The notes: a model not told the origin generated them from the sequence alone. A DNA stretch of 64,000 bases from Candidatus Woesearchaeota archaeon (GCA_964490795.1 CAZBDY010000001.1:24806-88805), one strand, 5' to 3'; positions 31,935 to 41,838 are shown, counted from the stretch's first letter. Numbers and translations are program-made.

Positions 31935-32737
31935 AGGATATTATCTAAAGGAGACTTTATATTCTTTATTGATGCTTGGGATATTTGGGTATATATTTGT
32001 GTTGTTTTTATATTTGAATGTCCCAGAAGTTTTTGTATTATTCTTAAATCAGTTCCACCCTCAAGAAGATGTGTAGCAAAACTATGCCTTAGTAAATGAG
32101 GATAAACTCTTTTTTTAATTTTAGATTTTTTACCTGCATTTTTAATAATTTTGGCAATTGTTTTTTTAGTTAGTTTTCCTCCTTGATTTGAAGGAAATAA
32201 TATCTCTGAATTATTAAGTTTACAATAGTGTTCAAATTCTTCAGCAAGAGATTCAGGAATTTTAACAAATCTGTCTTTTTTACCTTTTGCAAGATTTATT
32301 TTTATTAATCCTTCTTCAAAATTTATATTATTTAATTTCAAATTAACAATCTCAGAAACTCTTAATCCGCACCCATAAAGAAGTTTAATTATAAGTTTAT
32401 GTTTTATGTTTGAAGTTACATCAATGAGTTTTTTAATTTCTTTAATAGTCAAAATTTCAGGAAGAGTTTTATTTCTTTTTGGATTTGGGATATCTAACTT
32501 TTTTCCCAAAACATTTTGAAAAAAATATTTAATAGTAAAAACATTATGGCTAACAGATGCAGGACTATCTTTTGATAATTTTTTAATAAGAAATTCCTTT
32601 GCACTTTCTTGATTAATCCCCTTATTTTCAGCAAACTCAAGATATTTTCCAACTTGATTTAAATAACCTTTAATTGTTTCTTTAGAATAATTCCTCAACT
32701 TCAAATTTTCTTCAAATTTGATTAACAATTCCCCCAT
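31931..32737 (-). CDS. Tyrosine recombinase, integron-integrase/XerD-like but lacking the IntI-specific insertion
   Basis: LRNYSKETIKGY SAM-like N-domain; catalytic R (GLRVSE), K (KGKKDR), HLLRH, LGH, Y (TQIY) intact. Confidence 0.93.
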   Translation of the reverse strand: MGELLIKFEENLKLRNYSKETIKGYLNQVGKYLEFAENKGINQESAKEFLIKKLSKDSPASVSHNVFTIKYFFQNVLGKKLDIPNPKRNKTLPEILTIKEIKKLIDVTSNIKHKLIIKLLYGCGLRVSEIVNLKLNNINFEEGLIKINLAKGKKDRFVKIPESLAEEFEHYCKLNNSEILFPSNQGGKLTKKTIAKIIKNAGKKSKIKKRVYPHLLRHSFATHLLEGGTDLRIIQKLLGHSNIKTTQIYTQISQASIKNIKSPLDNIL

Positions 32738-32760
32738 AAATCTTAAAAACAACTGAATTA

Positions 32761-32835
32761 TATAAAGGTTACTAAAGCAACCTTAAAAGGATATATAACC
32801 TAGTAAAGGTTAATATCCAGAGTGTTATACGCAAT
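32761..32835 (+). other. attI-like primary recombination site
   Basis: Just upstream of the divergent integrase; GTTATACGCAAT at 32824 matches the array core; preceded by palindromes AAGGTT..AACCTT and GGATAT.TAACCT..AGGTTA.ATATCC. Confidence 0.75.
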
Positions 32836-32975
32836 TAAATTTAATTTTCACGACTAGAAAACGGGAATTCTCTCTAAAAACTGAAAGGGCAATTTCTAAA
32901 AACTAAAGGGGTCGCCTTAGGTTGCTTCGCAACATATAGCTTGACTTCGTCAAGAAATTTATAGGGTCGCCGTTT

Positions 32976-35237
32976 TCACAACTTTTTCCTTCTCAACAAA
33001 TTAGCATTTGTAACAACAGTTATTGAAGAGGCAGCCATTGCAATTTCAGCAATTACTGGATGCAATAAGCCCAAGAATGCCAGTGGAATTGCAATAAGAT
33101 TGTAGGAATATGCCCAGAACAAATTCTGTTTTATTTTTTTAAATGTCGCTTTGCTTAATTTTATTGCAGAGACAACTCCGTCAAGATTTCCTCTTACTAA
33201 GACAATATCTCCTGATTCAATAGCAATATCTGTCCCAGTTCCCATTGCAATACCTACATTTGCCTGTTTTAATGCAGGAGCATCATTTATTCCATCACCA
33301 ACAAAAGCAACAAATCCTTTTTTTTGAAGTTGTTTTATTTTATCTGCTTTATCCTCTGGGAGAACATCTGCTATAACTTCGTCAATATTCACTTCTTTTG
33401 CAATTGCTTTTGCTGTCCTTTCATTATCTCCAGTTATCATAAGAGTCTTAAATCCAAGTTCATGAAGATCTTTAATTGCCTTTTTTGAATCTTCTTTTAA
33501 GGTATCTGCAACCGCCAAAATTCCAATTGCTTTTTTTTCAACAGCAACAATCATTGTTGTTTTTCCTTTGTTTTCAAATTCTTGAATCTCTTTTTCCATG
33601 TTCTTTATATTGACATTCTTTTCAGACATTAACTTTCTATTACCTATTATAACAGATTCTTTATTCAGCAATGCTTCAATTCCTCTTCCTCTTTGTATCT
33701 TGAAGTTAGATATTTTTTTAATTTTTAATTTCTTATTTTTTGCAGCCTCTACAATTGCTTTTGCAATGGGATGTTCTGAAGCAGATTCCAGTGATGCTGC
33801 AATTGTCAATAATTCTTTTTCTGAAATTGAAATTGCGTTTATATCAGTAAGTTCAGGTTTTCCTTTTGTGATTGTACCTGTTTTGTCAAAAACAATAAAT
33901 TTCACATCTTTCATTGTTTGTATTGCTTCTCCTCTTCGTATTAAAATTCCTCTTTCTGCACCCATTCCTGATGAAACCATCAGTGCAGTAGGAGTTGCTA
34001 ATCCTAAGGCACATGGGCAGGCAATCACTAAAACCGCAATTGCAGAAAATAAGGCAAGAGAGATAACTCCTATTTCTAGATTGATCCAAGGAATAAAACT
34101 AAAAAAAGATGCAATTGATTTAAAAAATTCGGGAAATACTAGCCAAGAGATAAATGAAAGAGATGCAATTACCAAAACAATAGGCACAAATATGCCTGTA
34201 ATTTTATCAGCGAGTTCTTGTATAGGAATTTTGCTTCCCTGTGCTTCTTCAACAAGTTTAATAATCTGGCTTAAAAAAGTATCTTTGCCTATTTTTGTTG
34301 TTTTTATATACAATATTCCATCTTGGTTAATTGTTGCTCCAATAACTTTATCTCCTTTGTGTTTATCAACTGGAAGAGATTCTCCTGAAACCATAGATTC
34401 ATCAACAGCAGATTCTCCTTTTACTACAATTCCATCTGTAGGAATTTTTTCTCCAGGCCTTACAACTAAAATATCACCCACTTTTACATCTTCCATTTTA
34501 ACTTCTTTTTCTTGTTTTCCTATAAGAATCCTGGCAGTTTTTGCCTCTAATTTCAATAATTTTTTTATTGCCTGGCTTGCTCTCCCTCTCGCTTTTGTTT
34601 CAATATATCTTCCAGTCAGGTGGAAAGCCATAATCATTGCCCCAACAGCCGCATAATTTTCTATTGGAAGCATTAAAATTTTTAGAGGACCTGTAACAAA
34701 GGCAGCAATTGTTCCGATTGCAATTAAAGAATCCATGTTAAAAGAAAAGTGTCTTATTGACTTTAATGCAGACTTTTGAGTGTTGTAACCTAAAATAAAA
34801 ATTACCGGAATTGCAAGAAGAATATACATTATATCTATTAATAAAATCATCTCCTTGCTTGTATCCATTGGCATAAAGAACATATGATAAATCATAAACA
34901 ACCCCAAAGGAGCTGCGAAGATCCAAGAGAATTTCATTTTCTTTTTTGCATTGCCCATTTCCTTTATTTCAGGGTCTATTTTATGATGTTTTTCTCCATC
35001 ATGAGAAGAAATATCTTTTCCAGTTTCTTCTTCTGGAAATGCCTTGTAATCTCCTGCATTTGAAACAGCATTTATAACTTTTTTGTCATCAACAAGTTCT
35101 GCTTCAACATAAAGTTTTTTTGTAGCAAAATTAACATATGCATTTTTTATTTCTTTTAATTTATTTACAGAAGTTTCTATATTCCTTGCACAACTTGCAC
35201 AATGCATTCCTTCAATTAAAAATATTTTTTTAGTCAT
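32976..35237 (-). CDS. copA: Copper-translocating P1B-type ATPase
   Basis: GMHCASC HMA domain, [22 protein letters not shown] and MAASS motifs. Confidence 0.96.
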   Translation of the reverse strand: MTKKIFLIEGMHCASCARNIETSVNKLKEIKNAYVNFATKKLYVEAELVDDKKVINAVSNAGDYKAFPEEETGKDISSHDGEKHHKIDPEIKEMGNAKKKMKFSWIFAAPLGLFMIYHMFFMPMDTSKEMILLIDIMYILLAIPVIFILGYNTQKSALKSIRHFSFNMDSLIAIGTIAAFVTGPLKILMLPIENYAAVGAMIMAFHLTGRYIETKARGRASQAIKKLLKLEAKTARILIGKQEKEVKMEDVKVGDILVVRPGEKIPTDGIVVKGESAVDESMVSGESLPVDKHKGDKVIGATINQDGILYIKTTKIGKDTFLSQIIKLVEEAQGSKIPIQELADKITGIFVPIVLVIASLSFISWLVFPEFFKSIASFFSFIPWINLEIGVISLALFSAIAVLVIACPCALGLATPTALMVSSGMGAERGILIRRGEAIQTMKDVKFIVFDKTGTITKGKPELTDINAISISEKELLTIAASLESASEHPIAKAIVEAAKNKKLKIKKISNFKIQRGRGIEALLNKESVIIGNRKLMSEKNVNIKNMEKEIQEFENKGKTTMIVAVEKKAIGILAVADTLKEDSKKAIKDLHELGFKTLMITGDNERTAKAIAKEVNIDEVIADVLPEDKADKIKQLQKKGFVAFVGDGINDAPALKQANVGIAMGTGTDIAIESGDIVLVRGNLDGVVSAIKLSKATFKKIKQNLFWAYSYNLIAIPLAFLGLLHPVIAEIAMAASSITVVTNANLLRRKKL

Positions 35238-35689
35238 TTTGACTCCTTTCTAAAAACAAATTTATTTATTAAAAACAAAGTTGCTATAGAAGTTATTGAA
35301 AGTTGTATTAAAGGAGTTAAGCCAATTCCAAAAATTATGGGCATAAATTCATTATATTGCCATGAATTAAATAATATGGCTTTAACTTCAATGAAGATAG
35401 CAAAAAGAATTCCAAATATTGCCAAAAAAGTATAATCTCTCTTTTTAGGATTGATTATCCAATTAAAGTCTCTATTAAAAAGTGAAACTAATAAGATCAT
35501 TATTCCAATGTACACAACATCACCTAATGTTGAAAAAAGTATTTTTGGAATAAAAAAATAGATATTGTTTTCTAAAGGCGGAATATTCCAGTTGTAAAGT
35601 ATACTATGGGAGACTTCCCAGAATAAATTAAGAAAAAATGAAAAAATTAATATCCCAAGTAAAGCATAAAATTTTTTTTGTTTTGTCAT
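35234..35689 (-). CDS. Hypothetical membrane protein
   Basis: NLFWEVSH...[17 protein letters not shown]; 4 TMs. Confidence 0.7.
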   Translation of the reverse strand: MTKQKKFYALLGILIFSFFLNLFWEVSHSILYNWNIPPLENNIYFFIPKILFSTLGDVVYIGIMILLVSLFNRDFNWIINPKKRDYTFLAIFGILFAIFIEVKAILFNSWQYNEFMPIIFGIGLTPLIQLSITSIATLFLINKFVFRKESK

Positions 35690-36003
35690 TCTCTACTCCT
35701 TGGATTTTCCACTAATATTAACAAAAAACTTGTATTTTCTTCTGCTTTTAATGAATGAACAGCATTTTCTTTCATATTGATAAAAACCCCTTCTTTCATT
35801 TCAATATCTTTTCCTTCTAAATTAAAAATTCCTTTTCCTTCAATAACATAGACATATCCTTGTTTTGTAGAAGTATGCTCGTTAATCTCTGTTCCCTTTG
35901 CCATACAAAATAAACCAACATCTGATTTTTCGTTTTTAAAAACCTCTTTACTTAAAACTCCTTCTTTAGGATATTCTATCATTTGCTTTATTTGTTTATT
36001 CAT
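35686..36003 (-). CDS. Cupin domain protein
   Basis: EHTS...VIEGKG...HSLKA. Confidence 0.88.
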   Translation of the reverse strand: MNKQIKQMIEYPKEGVLSKEVFKNEKSDVGLFCMAKGTEINEHTSTKQGYVYVIEGKGIFNLEGKDIEMKEGVFINMKENAVHSLKAEENTSFLLILVENPRSRE

Positions 36004-36045
36004 TTTTTAAACTCCTAACAAAATTAAGATGTTTCATTTCTTTGT

Positions 36046-36627
36046 TTATTCATTTTTTAAACTCCTAACAAAATTAAGATGTTTCATTTCTTTGTTTTTA
36101 TTTATATTGGCAATTCTTTTGAATTTTTCCAACATTTCTTTTTCTATACTCTCATTTAATATATCATCAGCCATAGGATAAAGAATGTTATCTTCTTTGA
36201 AAATATGTTCTTGTATTAAGTTAGCATAACCTCTTGCATTTTCTATTAAACCCTGTTTATCATTCTTTTCTAGAGATTCTTCCATGCCTTTTACAAAATT
36301 TCTTCCCTCGTCATGTTCAGATAACATTTGTTCAACTGGATTGCAATGCAAACATTCAGAATCTTTCTCTGCGCATTTATTAAATTCCTTAAATAAAATC
36401 TCTTCTTCTTTTGCATGATGAAATTTATCAGCATAATTTCTAATAAAATCAATTATCTTTCTAAAAAAATCTTTATCAATTTCCTTTCTAAAAAAATCTT
36501 TATCAATTTCCTTTCCATTCTCAATTAGATCACATTCTTTTGTTAAGGCATCAACTACTTTCAAGATATTTTCATGCTCCTTTGTTAAAATCCTGGAGCT
36601 TTCTCGTTTTATTTTCTTTTGAAACAT
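36046..36627 (-). CDS. Hemerythrin (HHE) domain protein
   Basis: EHE, HHAKEE, EHDEGR, HIFKED. Confidence 0.9.
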   Translation of the reverse strand: MFQKKIKRESSRILTKEHENILKVVDALTKECDLIENGKEIDKDFFRKEIDKDFFRKIIDFIRNYADKFHHAKEEEILFKEFNKCAEKDSECLHCNPVEQMLSEHDEGRNFVKGMEESLEKNDKQGLIENARGYANLIQEHIFKEDNILYPMADDILNESIEKEMLEKFKRIANINKNKEMKHLNFVRSLKNE

Positions 36628-36643
36628 TTTTATTATTCCTAGT

Positions 36644-36967
36644 TTAACCAAAAGTTAAAATTTTGTCTGATTCTTCAACTAATTTTAACAAGTCTTTCAT
36701 GGTTGAAATTGGACAAACTTTACTACCTTCTTTTTCTCTTGATTCTAAGCAAGTTCCACAAGCTAATATTTGCCCTTGGTTATCAAGAAATAAATCGGTT
36801 TGTTCTTTTACATTATACTTCTCATCCTTAATACTTTCAATTTCAACGCCTTTATTTATTAAGAAAACTTTTACTTCATGATTTGCTTTTAATGATGTAT
36901 TTCCAAATCTGAAAGCATTCCAAACAACTTCTGGTTCATTTGTGCTTATTATTATTCCAAGTTTCAT
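36644..36967 (-). CDS. DsrE/DsrF-like protein
   Basis: ILACGTC, CPISTM, SDKILTF. Confidence 0.88.
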   Translation of the reverse strand: MKLGIIISTNEPEVVWNAFRFGNTSLKANHEVKVFLINKGVEIESIKDEKYNVKEQTDLFLDNQGQILACGTCLESREKEGSKVCPISTMKDLLKLVEESDKILTFG

Positions 36968-37185
36968 TTTTTATCTTCCTGCAATTGTTTAATCAACCAC
37001 ATAATAGAGAGTATTAATACTACAAAAATAAGAAACATAAAAATCCAACCAAATCCCATCATAGGCATCATTCCATAACTACTATTTAATCTTCCTCCAA
37101 AGCCAAACACCCCTAAAAATAAAAATGCAGTTACTGCGATTATTATTCCAATCAATAAATTATTATTTTTTTTCATATCTCGCAC
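36964..37185 (-). CDS. Small Met/Gly-rich membrane protein
   Basis: YGMMPMMGFGW between two TMs. Confidence 0.65.
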   Translation of the reverse strand: MRDMKKNNNLLIGIIIAVTAFLFLGVFGFGGRLNSSYGMMPMMGFGWIFMFLIFVVLILSIMWLIKQLQEDKK

Positions 37186-37511
37186 ACCCCACCATCAGTT
37201 GAAGTACATCTGCCTTCTTCTATCCCTTTTTTGCATTGAGGACATACTTTATCAAACTCTTTATTTTTTATCATATCATCACAATAACAGCTTCCATCTT
37301 CCCATATCCAATTACCAAGATAGCACATTGTACATGGTGGCTCTATGCAACAATCATATCTTCCAATTTCCTTTGCATCTTCAATATTACTAAACAACTG
37401 ATTTAATAAAAGTTCTCTTTTTGTTTCAAAATTTCTTTGATTTGTAAATACCAAAAGTGAGCTAAATACAATAAGAAAGGCAAGGATTGATATTAAAAAT
37501 ATTCTTTTCAT
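37173..37511 (-). CDS. Cys-rich membrane-anchored hypothetical protein
   Basis: CCIEPPCTMC, CYC, CPQC. Confidence 0.7.
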   Translation of the reverse strand: MKRIFLISILAFLIVFSSLLVFTNQRNFETKRELLLNQLFSNIEDAKEIGRYDCCIEPPCTMCYLGNWIWEDGSCYCDDMIKNKEFDKVCPQCKKGIEEGRCTSTDGGVCEI

Positions 37512-37864
37512 TCTAATTCACATCCTGAAATTTGAGCAAGTCTACCAAGTTGTTGCAGACCAGGATAATTTTCTCCATTTATTTTCCAAGTTGGATAGCC
37601 CGTTACTCCGGCAGATTGACATTCCTGCTTGTTTTTATCACAATCCCTAAAATCCACATATTTAAATGAACTTCCAAATAAATCTTTTTGTCTTTGGCAA
37701 TAGCTACACCATCCTGTCCCATACATTACAACTTCTTTTTCAGTCAGGCACTGAGCAAATTCATCATATTGTCCAATTGAATCAGGTTTAAAAAATAAGT
37801 AAATAAGTATTGCTAATAAAAAGACCCCTCCAAATATCAAAATATTTCTGGTTAATTTTTTCAT
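37508..37864 (-). CDS. Membrane-anchored thioredoxin/glutaredoxin-like protein
   Basis: WCSYC, GYPTW. Confidence 0.85.
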   Translation of the reverse strand: MKKLTRNILIFGGVFLLAILIYLFFKPDSIGQYDEFAQCLTEKEVVMYGTGWCSYCQRQKDLFGSSFKYVDFRDCDKNKQECQSAGVTGYPTWKINGENYPGLQQLGRLAQISGCELE

Positions 37865-38319
37865 TTGAATCTATAAGCTCCCTTTTTTAAATCAGATATC
37901 TTAATTATCAAGTTGTCCCCTTCTATTTTGCTTGGCAAATAACCTGGCCAGCATCCACCACCACGAAGATTTTCTGTTCCTAAACCAGAAATAGGATATC
38001 TGTTTCCGCAATTATTACAAATCATAAAATCCCCTTCTTGTCTATACCCTTTTCTGCTTCCATAACAAACATCACAGGCATCAAAAGCTGTTTTTATTGT
38101 TCCATCTTTTGCCTTAACTACAAAATATTTTATTTTGATTCTACTCGAATCATATTCGTACCATTCTGCATTTTCAGATATTTCTGGTAAGGATATTTTT
38201 ATAGTTTCATCAGAATTTTTTATTGTATTTCCAGTTATATCTGATTTTCCTGAAAACAGAAAAAAAACACCAGCTAATAACAAGACAACTACAGATAAGA
38301 TTAATATTATTTTTGTCAT
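37861..38319 (-). CDS. DUF2318-like Fe-S/metal-binding membrane protein
   Basis: AFDACDVC...GYRQ...CNNCG...GGCWP. Confidence 0.85.
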   Translation of the reverse strand: MTKIILILSVVVLLLAGVFFLFSGKSDITGNTIKNSDETIKISLPEISENAEWYEYDSSRIKIKYFVVKAKDGTIKTAFDACDVCYGSRKGYRQEGDFMICNNCGNRYPISGLGTENLRGGGCWPGYLPSKIEGDNLIIKISDLKKGAYRFK

Positions 38320-39212
38320 CTTGCTAAAACTCCCTCAATTGCTTGTTGAAATACATCATATTGCTGAGCTCCTGAAATTAATTTATATCCTTGTTCTGAA
38401 TTTCCAATTAAAAATCCAGGTGTTCCAGTGATTCCAAGAGATTGCCCAAATGAAGTTGATTGGCTAACTTGTGTTTTATATTTTCCAGAGTTTAAACATT
38501 CATTAAATGAAGTTTCATCTGCTCCTGTCTGAACAGCTAACCCAGATAATAGTGAGGGATTACTTCTCACTTCTTGTTGATTCTCTAAAATTAATCCAAA
38601 CATCTCCCAGAAAGCCTCATCTCCATTTAATTCTCTCACACAAAGTGCAGCCTCATGAGGTGTTGAGGTCCCCACACCAACAAAATCAGCGAAAATATGT
38701 TTAACTAGCCCTTTATCAATATAATTCTCTTTTATTAGGGGTTTTGTTTGAAGATAATGCCTCTGGCAAAAAGGACAACTAAAATCAGTGAATTCAATAA
38801 TTGTAACAGGTGCATCTTTATCACCCAAATAAGCATAATTTTCAATCTGAGACTCTTCAACATTAACTCTTTGGCCTTGTTGTACTTGTTGAGTTTGTTG
38901 TTGAGAAATTTGTGTTGGTTGAGAGATTAAAGGAGAAATCTCTTGAATAAAATATTCTCCATCTTTAGTTATATAAACTGGAATGTTTTGCCCCTCATAT
39001 AAAACAGTTATTTTATACAAATTTCCTAGATCTTGTGAATCAACAAAACTAATTCCACCTTCAGTTAAACTATTTAGATATTCTACTATTTTTGTTGATG
39101 CAGATTTTTCAGAGATAGTTCCTCCCCTAAATCCAAATGCTCCTATTAATACTATAAGCAGCAGAATTGCTGAGATTATCTGCCATATCCTTATATTATT
39201 TATTTTTTTCAT
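38316..39212 (-). CDS. DsbA-family oxidoreductase
   Basis: EFTDFSCPFC, GTPGF. Confidence 0.9.
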   Translation of the reverse strand: MKKINNIRIWQIISAILLLIVLIGAFGFRGGTISEKSASTKIVEYLNSLTEGGISFVDSQDLGNLYKITVLYEGQNIPVYITKDGEYFIQEISPLISQPTQISQQQTQQVQQGQRVNVEESQIENYAYLGDKDAPVTIIEFTDFSCPFCQRHYLQTKPLIKENYIDKGLVKHIFADFVGVGTSTPHEAALCVRELNGDEAFWEMFGLILENQQEVRSNPSLLSGLAVQTGADETSFNECLNSGKYKTQVSQSTSFGQSLGITGTPGFLIGNSEQGYKLISGAQQYDVFQQAIEGVLAR

Positions 39213-39252
39213 TTGCTCAACCTCTGAATATTTTTTATTTTTTGTTCCATTT

Positions 39253-40023
39253 TTATTTTCCTAAACTGCAAGTTGGACTTCCACAGCTCCCCCCACAAGA
39301 TGAAGATCCTCCACATCCTCCTGAACAGCTTCCTTCGGTATTATCTGCTAATTTTTGTACTTCCTGAATTTGGGTGTTTTGAGAATCACTAATTAAGGTG
39401 GCGGGATATTCCTCAAAAACCTCTAATCCTAAAATCTCATCTACAGAGGTTTTACTTTTATCATACTTTACTTCAAAATTATTTGGGAAAGAGTATTTTA
39501 CATCAATAATTCCGTCAATAGTTTTTATTTCATTTGAAATTAGAGGTGCATGACCTGGGCAAGGAATATCTGATTTTAAACTAATTGTTCCTAAATTTTC
39601 AGGATTTCCATCAAACACAACAGCTCCAGTCAGAGAAACATTTGCCAAAAGCGGAAATACAAAAAAGAAAAGAATCAAATTAATCCCTATGGTTGAGCCA
39701 TACATTATAGATAAATATCCTTTCTTTTTCTTAATCCCTTCCCAAGATAATAATTTATTTTTCCTTAGATATAGGAAAGACGATAGTGTTGCAAATCCTA
39801 CTGAAAGCAATATTAAATAGTGAAAGATATATCTATTCATCAAGAAAGGCCTAAAAAACTGCATTAATATCGTTGCTCCTAAAACTGCACCTATAATAAA
39901 CATAATACATCCAATATGAGGGATTATACCATAAGCTATTCCCATTAAAGGGTTATTTCCCTTATATTCTTTTTTTGGCTTGCAACAATCGGGCAAGTTT
40001 TGATTATTTGATTTTTCTTCCAT
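39253..40023 (-). CDS. Membrane protein with HMA-like domain and Cys/Gly-rich tail
   Basis: DCC, PHIGC, IPCPGH, CSGGCGGSSSCGGSCGSPTC. Confidence 0.75.
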   Translation of the reverse strand: MEEKSNNQNLPDCCKPKKEYKGNNPLMGIAYGIIPHIGCIMFIIGAVLGATILMQFFRPFLMNRYIFHYLILLSVGFATLSSFLYLRKNKLLSWEGIKKKKGYLSIMYGSTIGINLILFFFVFPLLANVSLTGAVVFDGNPENLGTISLKSDIPCPGHAPLISNEIKTIDGIIDVKYSFPNNFEVKYDKSKTSVDEILGLEVFEEYPATLISDSQNTQIQEVQKLADNTEGSCSGGCGGSSSCGGSCGSPTCSLGK

Positions 40024-40076
40024 AACAGGAGGTAGAATGAAACACCTTATAAGCGATTGTATGAAACTAGTTTCAG

Positions 40077-40583
40077 TTAGTGTTTAAGAATAATAATATT
40101 AGTCATGCCTCTTCTTTTTCTTTCAACTAAACCTTTCCCTTCTAATCTATCTAACAAACGAGTAACTTTGACTTTTGTAAGTTTTGATTTATCTACCAAA
40201 TCTGATTGAAATATTGTTCCATCTGCTTCCACAATCTTCTCAAAGATAAGTTTTTCATCATCACTTAAATCACTCATTACTTTCTGATAATTTTCTTTTG
40301 TAATCTTTTTAGGCTCAATTTGTTGTTTAATTGTTTTGACTTTTGTAATTATTTTTTCTTCTATCCCAAAGAATACTAAATATAATCCAATTATAATTAT
40401 AAAGACCATTATCCCTATACTCATGTTAGTCTGAAAATTTATTGAACCCCACATTGGGCAGGTAGAGCCATGTTCACAAGAAGTATTAATAATCTCAGTC
40501 ATTGCTCTATTAAAAGAGAATATTATAAAACCTATTAGTGCTGCTATTCCTAAAACTATAAATCCTGCAATTCGGTTCTTCAT
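40077..40583 (-). CDS. Membrane-anchored winged-helix regulator
   Basis: 2 TMs with a CEHGSTCPM loop; C-terminal FQSDLV..KVKVTRLLDRLEGKGLVERKRRG. Confidence 0.82.
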   Translation of the reverse strand: MKNRIAGFIVLGIAALIGFIIFSFNRAMTEIINTSCEHGSTCPMWGSINFQTNMSIGIMVFIIIIGLYLVFFGIEEKIITKVKTIKQQIEPKKITKENYQKVMSDLSDDEKLIFEKIVEADGTIFQSDLVDKSKLTKVKVTRLLDRLEGKGLVERKRRGMTNIIILKH

Positions 40584-40908
40584 ATTATAGGGAATAAATA
40601 ATCTTATTTAAATATCTTCTTATTTTTTTTAGGGGTTAAACGGCGACCCCAAAACATCTTCTTTTTTCCAAAAAAGAAGCAAAAAAGGACGGCGACCCCT
40701 TTAAGATTTGACTGAAAAGCACTATCGTGCTAAAAACGAAATTGCCCTTAATGTTTTAATAGAAAGCCCTACGGGCTAGAGAGAGAATTCCCTTAAAAGA
40801 TACTCTTGCTACGCAAGAATTGATAGAAAATTAAATTTAACTTCTCCGGTTTTTTGCTACGCAAAAAATCCTCGACCCCACTGCGTTCTCCTCGCTTTGC
40901 TCGTCGGG

Positions 40909-41054
40909 GCGTATAACAGCACTTTAAAGAGAAATGCCTCAGCTCGGCATTTCTCCAAATTTTTTCTCAGCTCTGAAAATTTTGCCAGCTCTGTTTCACG
41001 AGGGCAAAATTTTCGAGGAGAAAAAACTTCTTTAAATGCGATGTTCTTAGCAAT
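40909..41054 (+). other. attC-like site 1 (intact)
   Basis: GCGTATAAC-AGCACTTTAAAG...CTTTAAATGCGAT-GTTCTTAGCAAT, branched hairpin. Confidence 0.85.
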
Positions 41055-41147
41055 AAAAATGAAGTTTTTTACCCGCCCAATTTTGAAGAGAACACTATCT
41101 ACTTTAGCATACAAATCTTTTTATATCCCTTCTTCTTTTCTTTCGTC

Positions 41148-41588
41148 ATGGATATTGTCAACCAAGTTGCAGATGAATTAGAGAAAAGAGGACAAGAAAG
41201 AATTTCTGGACATCTTTATGGGCTTCGACATGAACTTATAGGAAAGCCTTGTTTATATTCTTGTGATGGAGATTTAAAACCTGCAATTCCTTATGGTGCT
41301 TATAGATTAGATAAAGATGCAGAAATTCATGTTGCCGAATATAAACAAGGAAAACCACTTTTAGCTATCGCTTATTTTGATTCTCATTCATCTTGCGAAG
41401 GTTCAAATGTTCATGTCAAAGCACTTTCCGCAGTTAGTCCCGATGACTTAATTCCTGTCGACCCGTCTTCAAGAAGAGGACAGGAAATTTCTCATATAAT
41501 TCTTTCTTGGTTGGTTGACAATCGTGATGGAACTTTTAGAGCAGAAGAAAGAAGAAGGAAAAGACTTGAACAAGAAGTAACTGCTTAA
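41148..41588 (+). CDS. Cassette 2 hypothetical protein
   Basis: 146-aa ORF fills the cassette between its inverted repeats. Confidence 0.75.
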   Translation: MDIVNQVADELEKRGQERISGHLYGLRHELIGKPCLYSCDGDLKPAIPYGAYRLDKDAEIHVAEYKQGKPLLAIAYFDSHSSCEGSNVHVKALSAVSPDDLIPVDPSSRRGQEISHIILSWLVDNRDGTFRAEERRRKRLEQEVTA

Positions 41589-41710
41589 TTTTGCGATAGT
41601 GTTCTCTCCTATTTTAATTTTCCCACCCTAAAACTTCATTTTTACTTCTTCGAAAAATCAAAGATTTTTCTCGACCACGTCCTGCGGACTTTCGCACTGC
41701 GGTGCTCAGG

Positions 41711-41838
41711 GCTAAGAACAGGGCTTAAACAGAAAATCCTTGCAGGATTTTCCCAAATTTTTTCTTTCAGAAAAAACTCTCGAGGTCACTTCGTTCTGCT
41801 CGAGCCCTACGGGTTGTTTAAGCCCGATTCAACGAAAT
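41711..41838 (+). other. attC-like site 2 (R' box missing GT)
   Basis: GCTAAGAAC-AGGGCTTAAAC...GTTTAAGCCCGAT-[GT]TCAACGAAAT. Confidence 0.82.

Noticed and set aside
33598..34656. 352-aa plus-strand ORF and other antisense or overlapping ORFs (e.g. 654, 6178, 6387, 8548, 9393, 20602, 23468, 26384, 38135, 62561)
   Set aside because: Shadow frames of well-supported genes
32824..40917. Transposon with terminal inverted repeats
   Set aside because: No transposase or target-site duplication; the repeats are segmented, differ between cassettes and are continuous with attC-like cores
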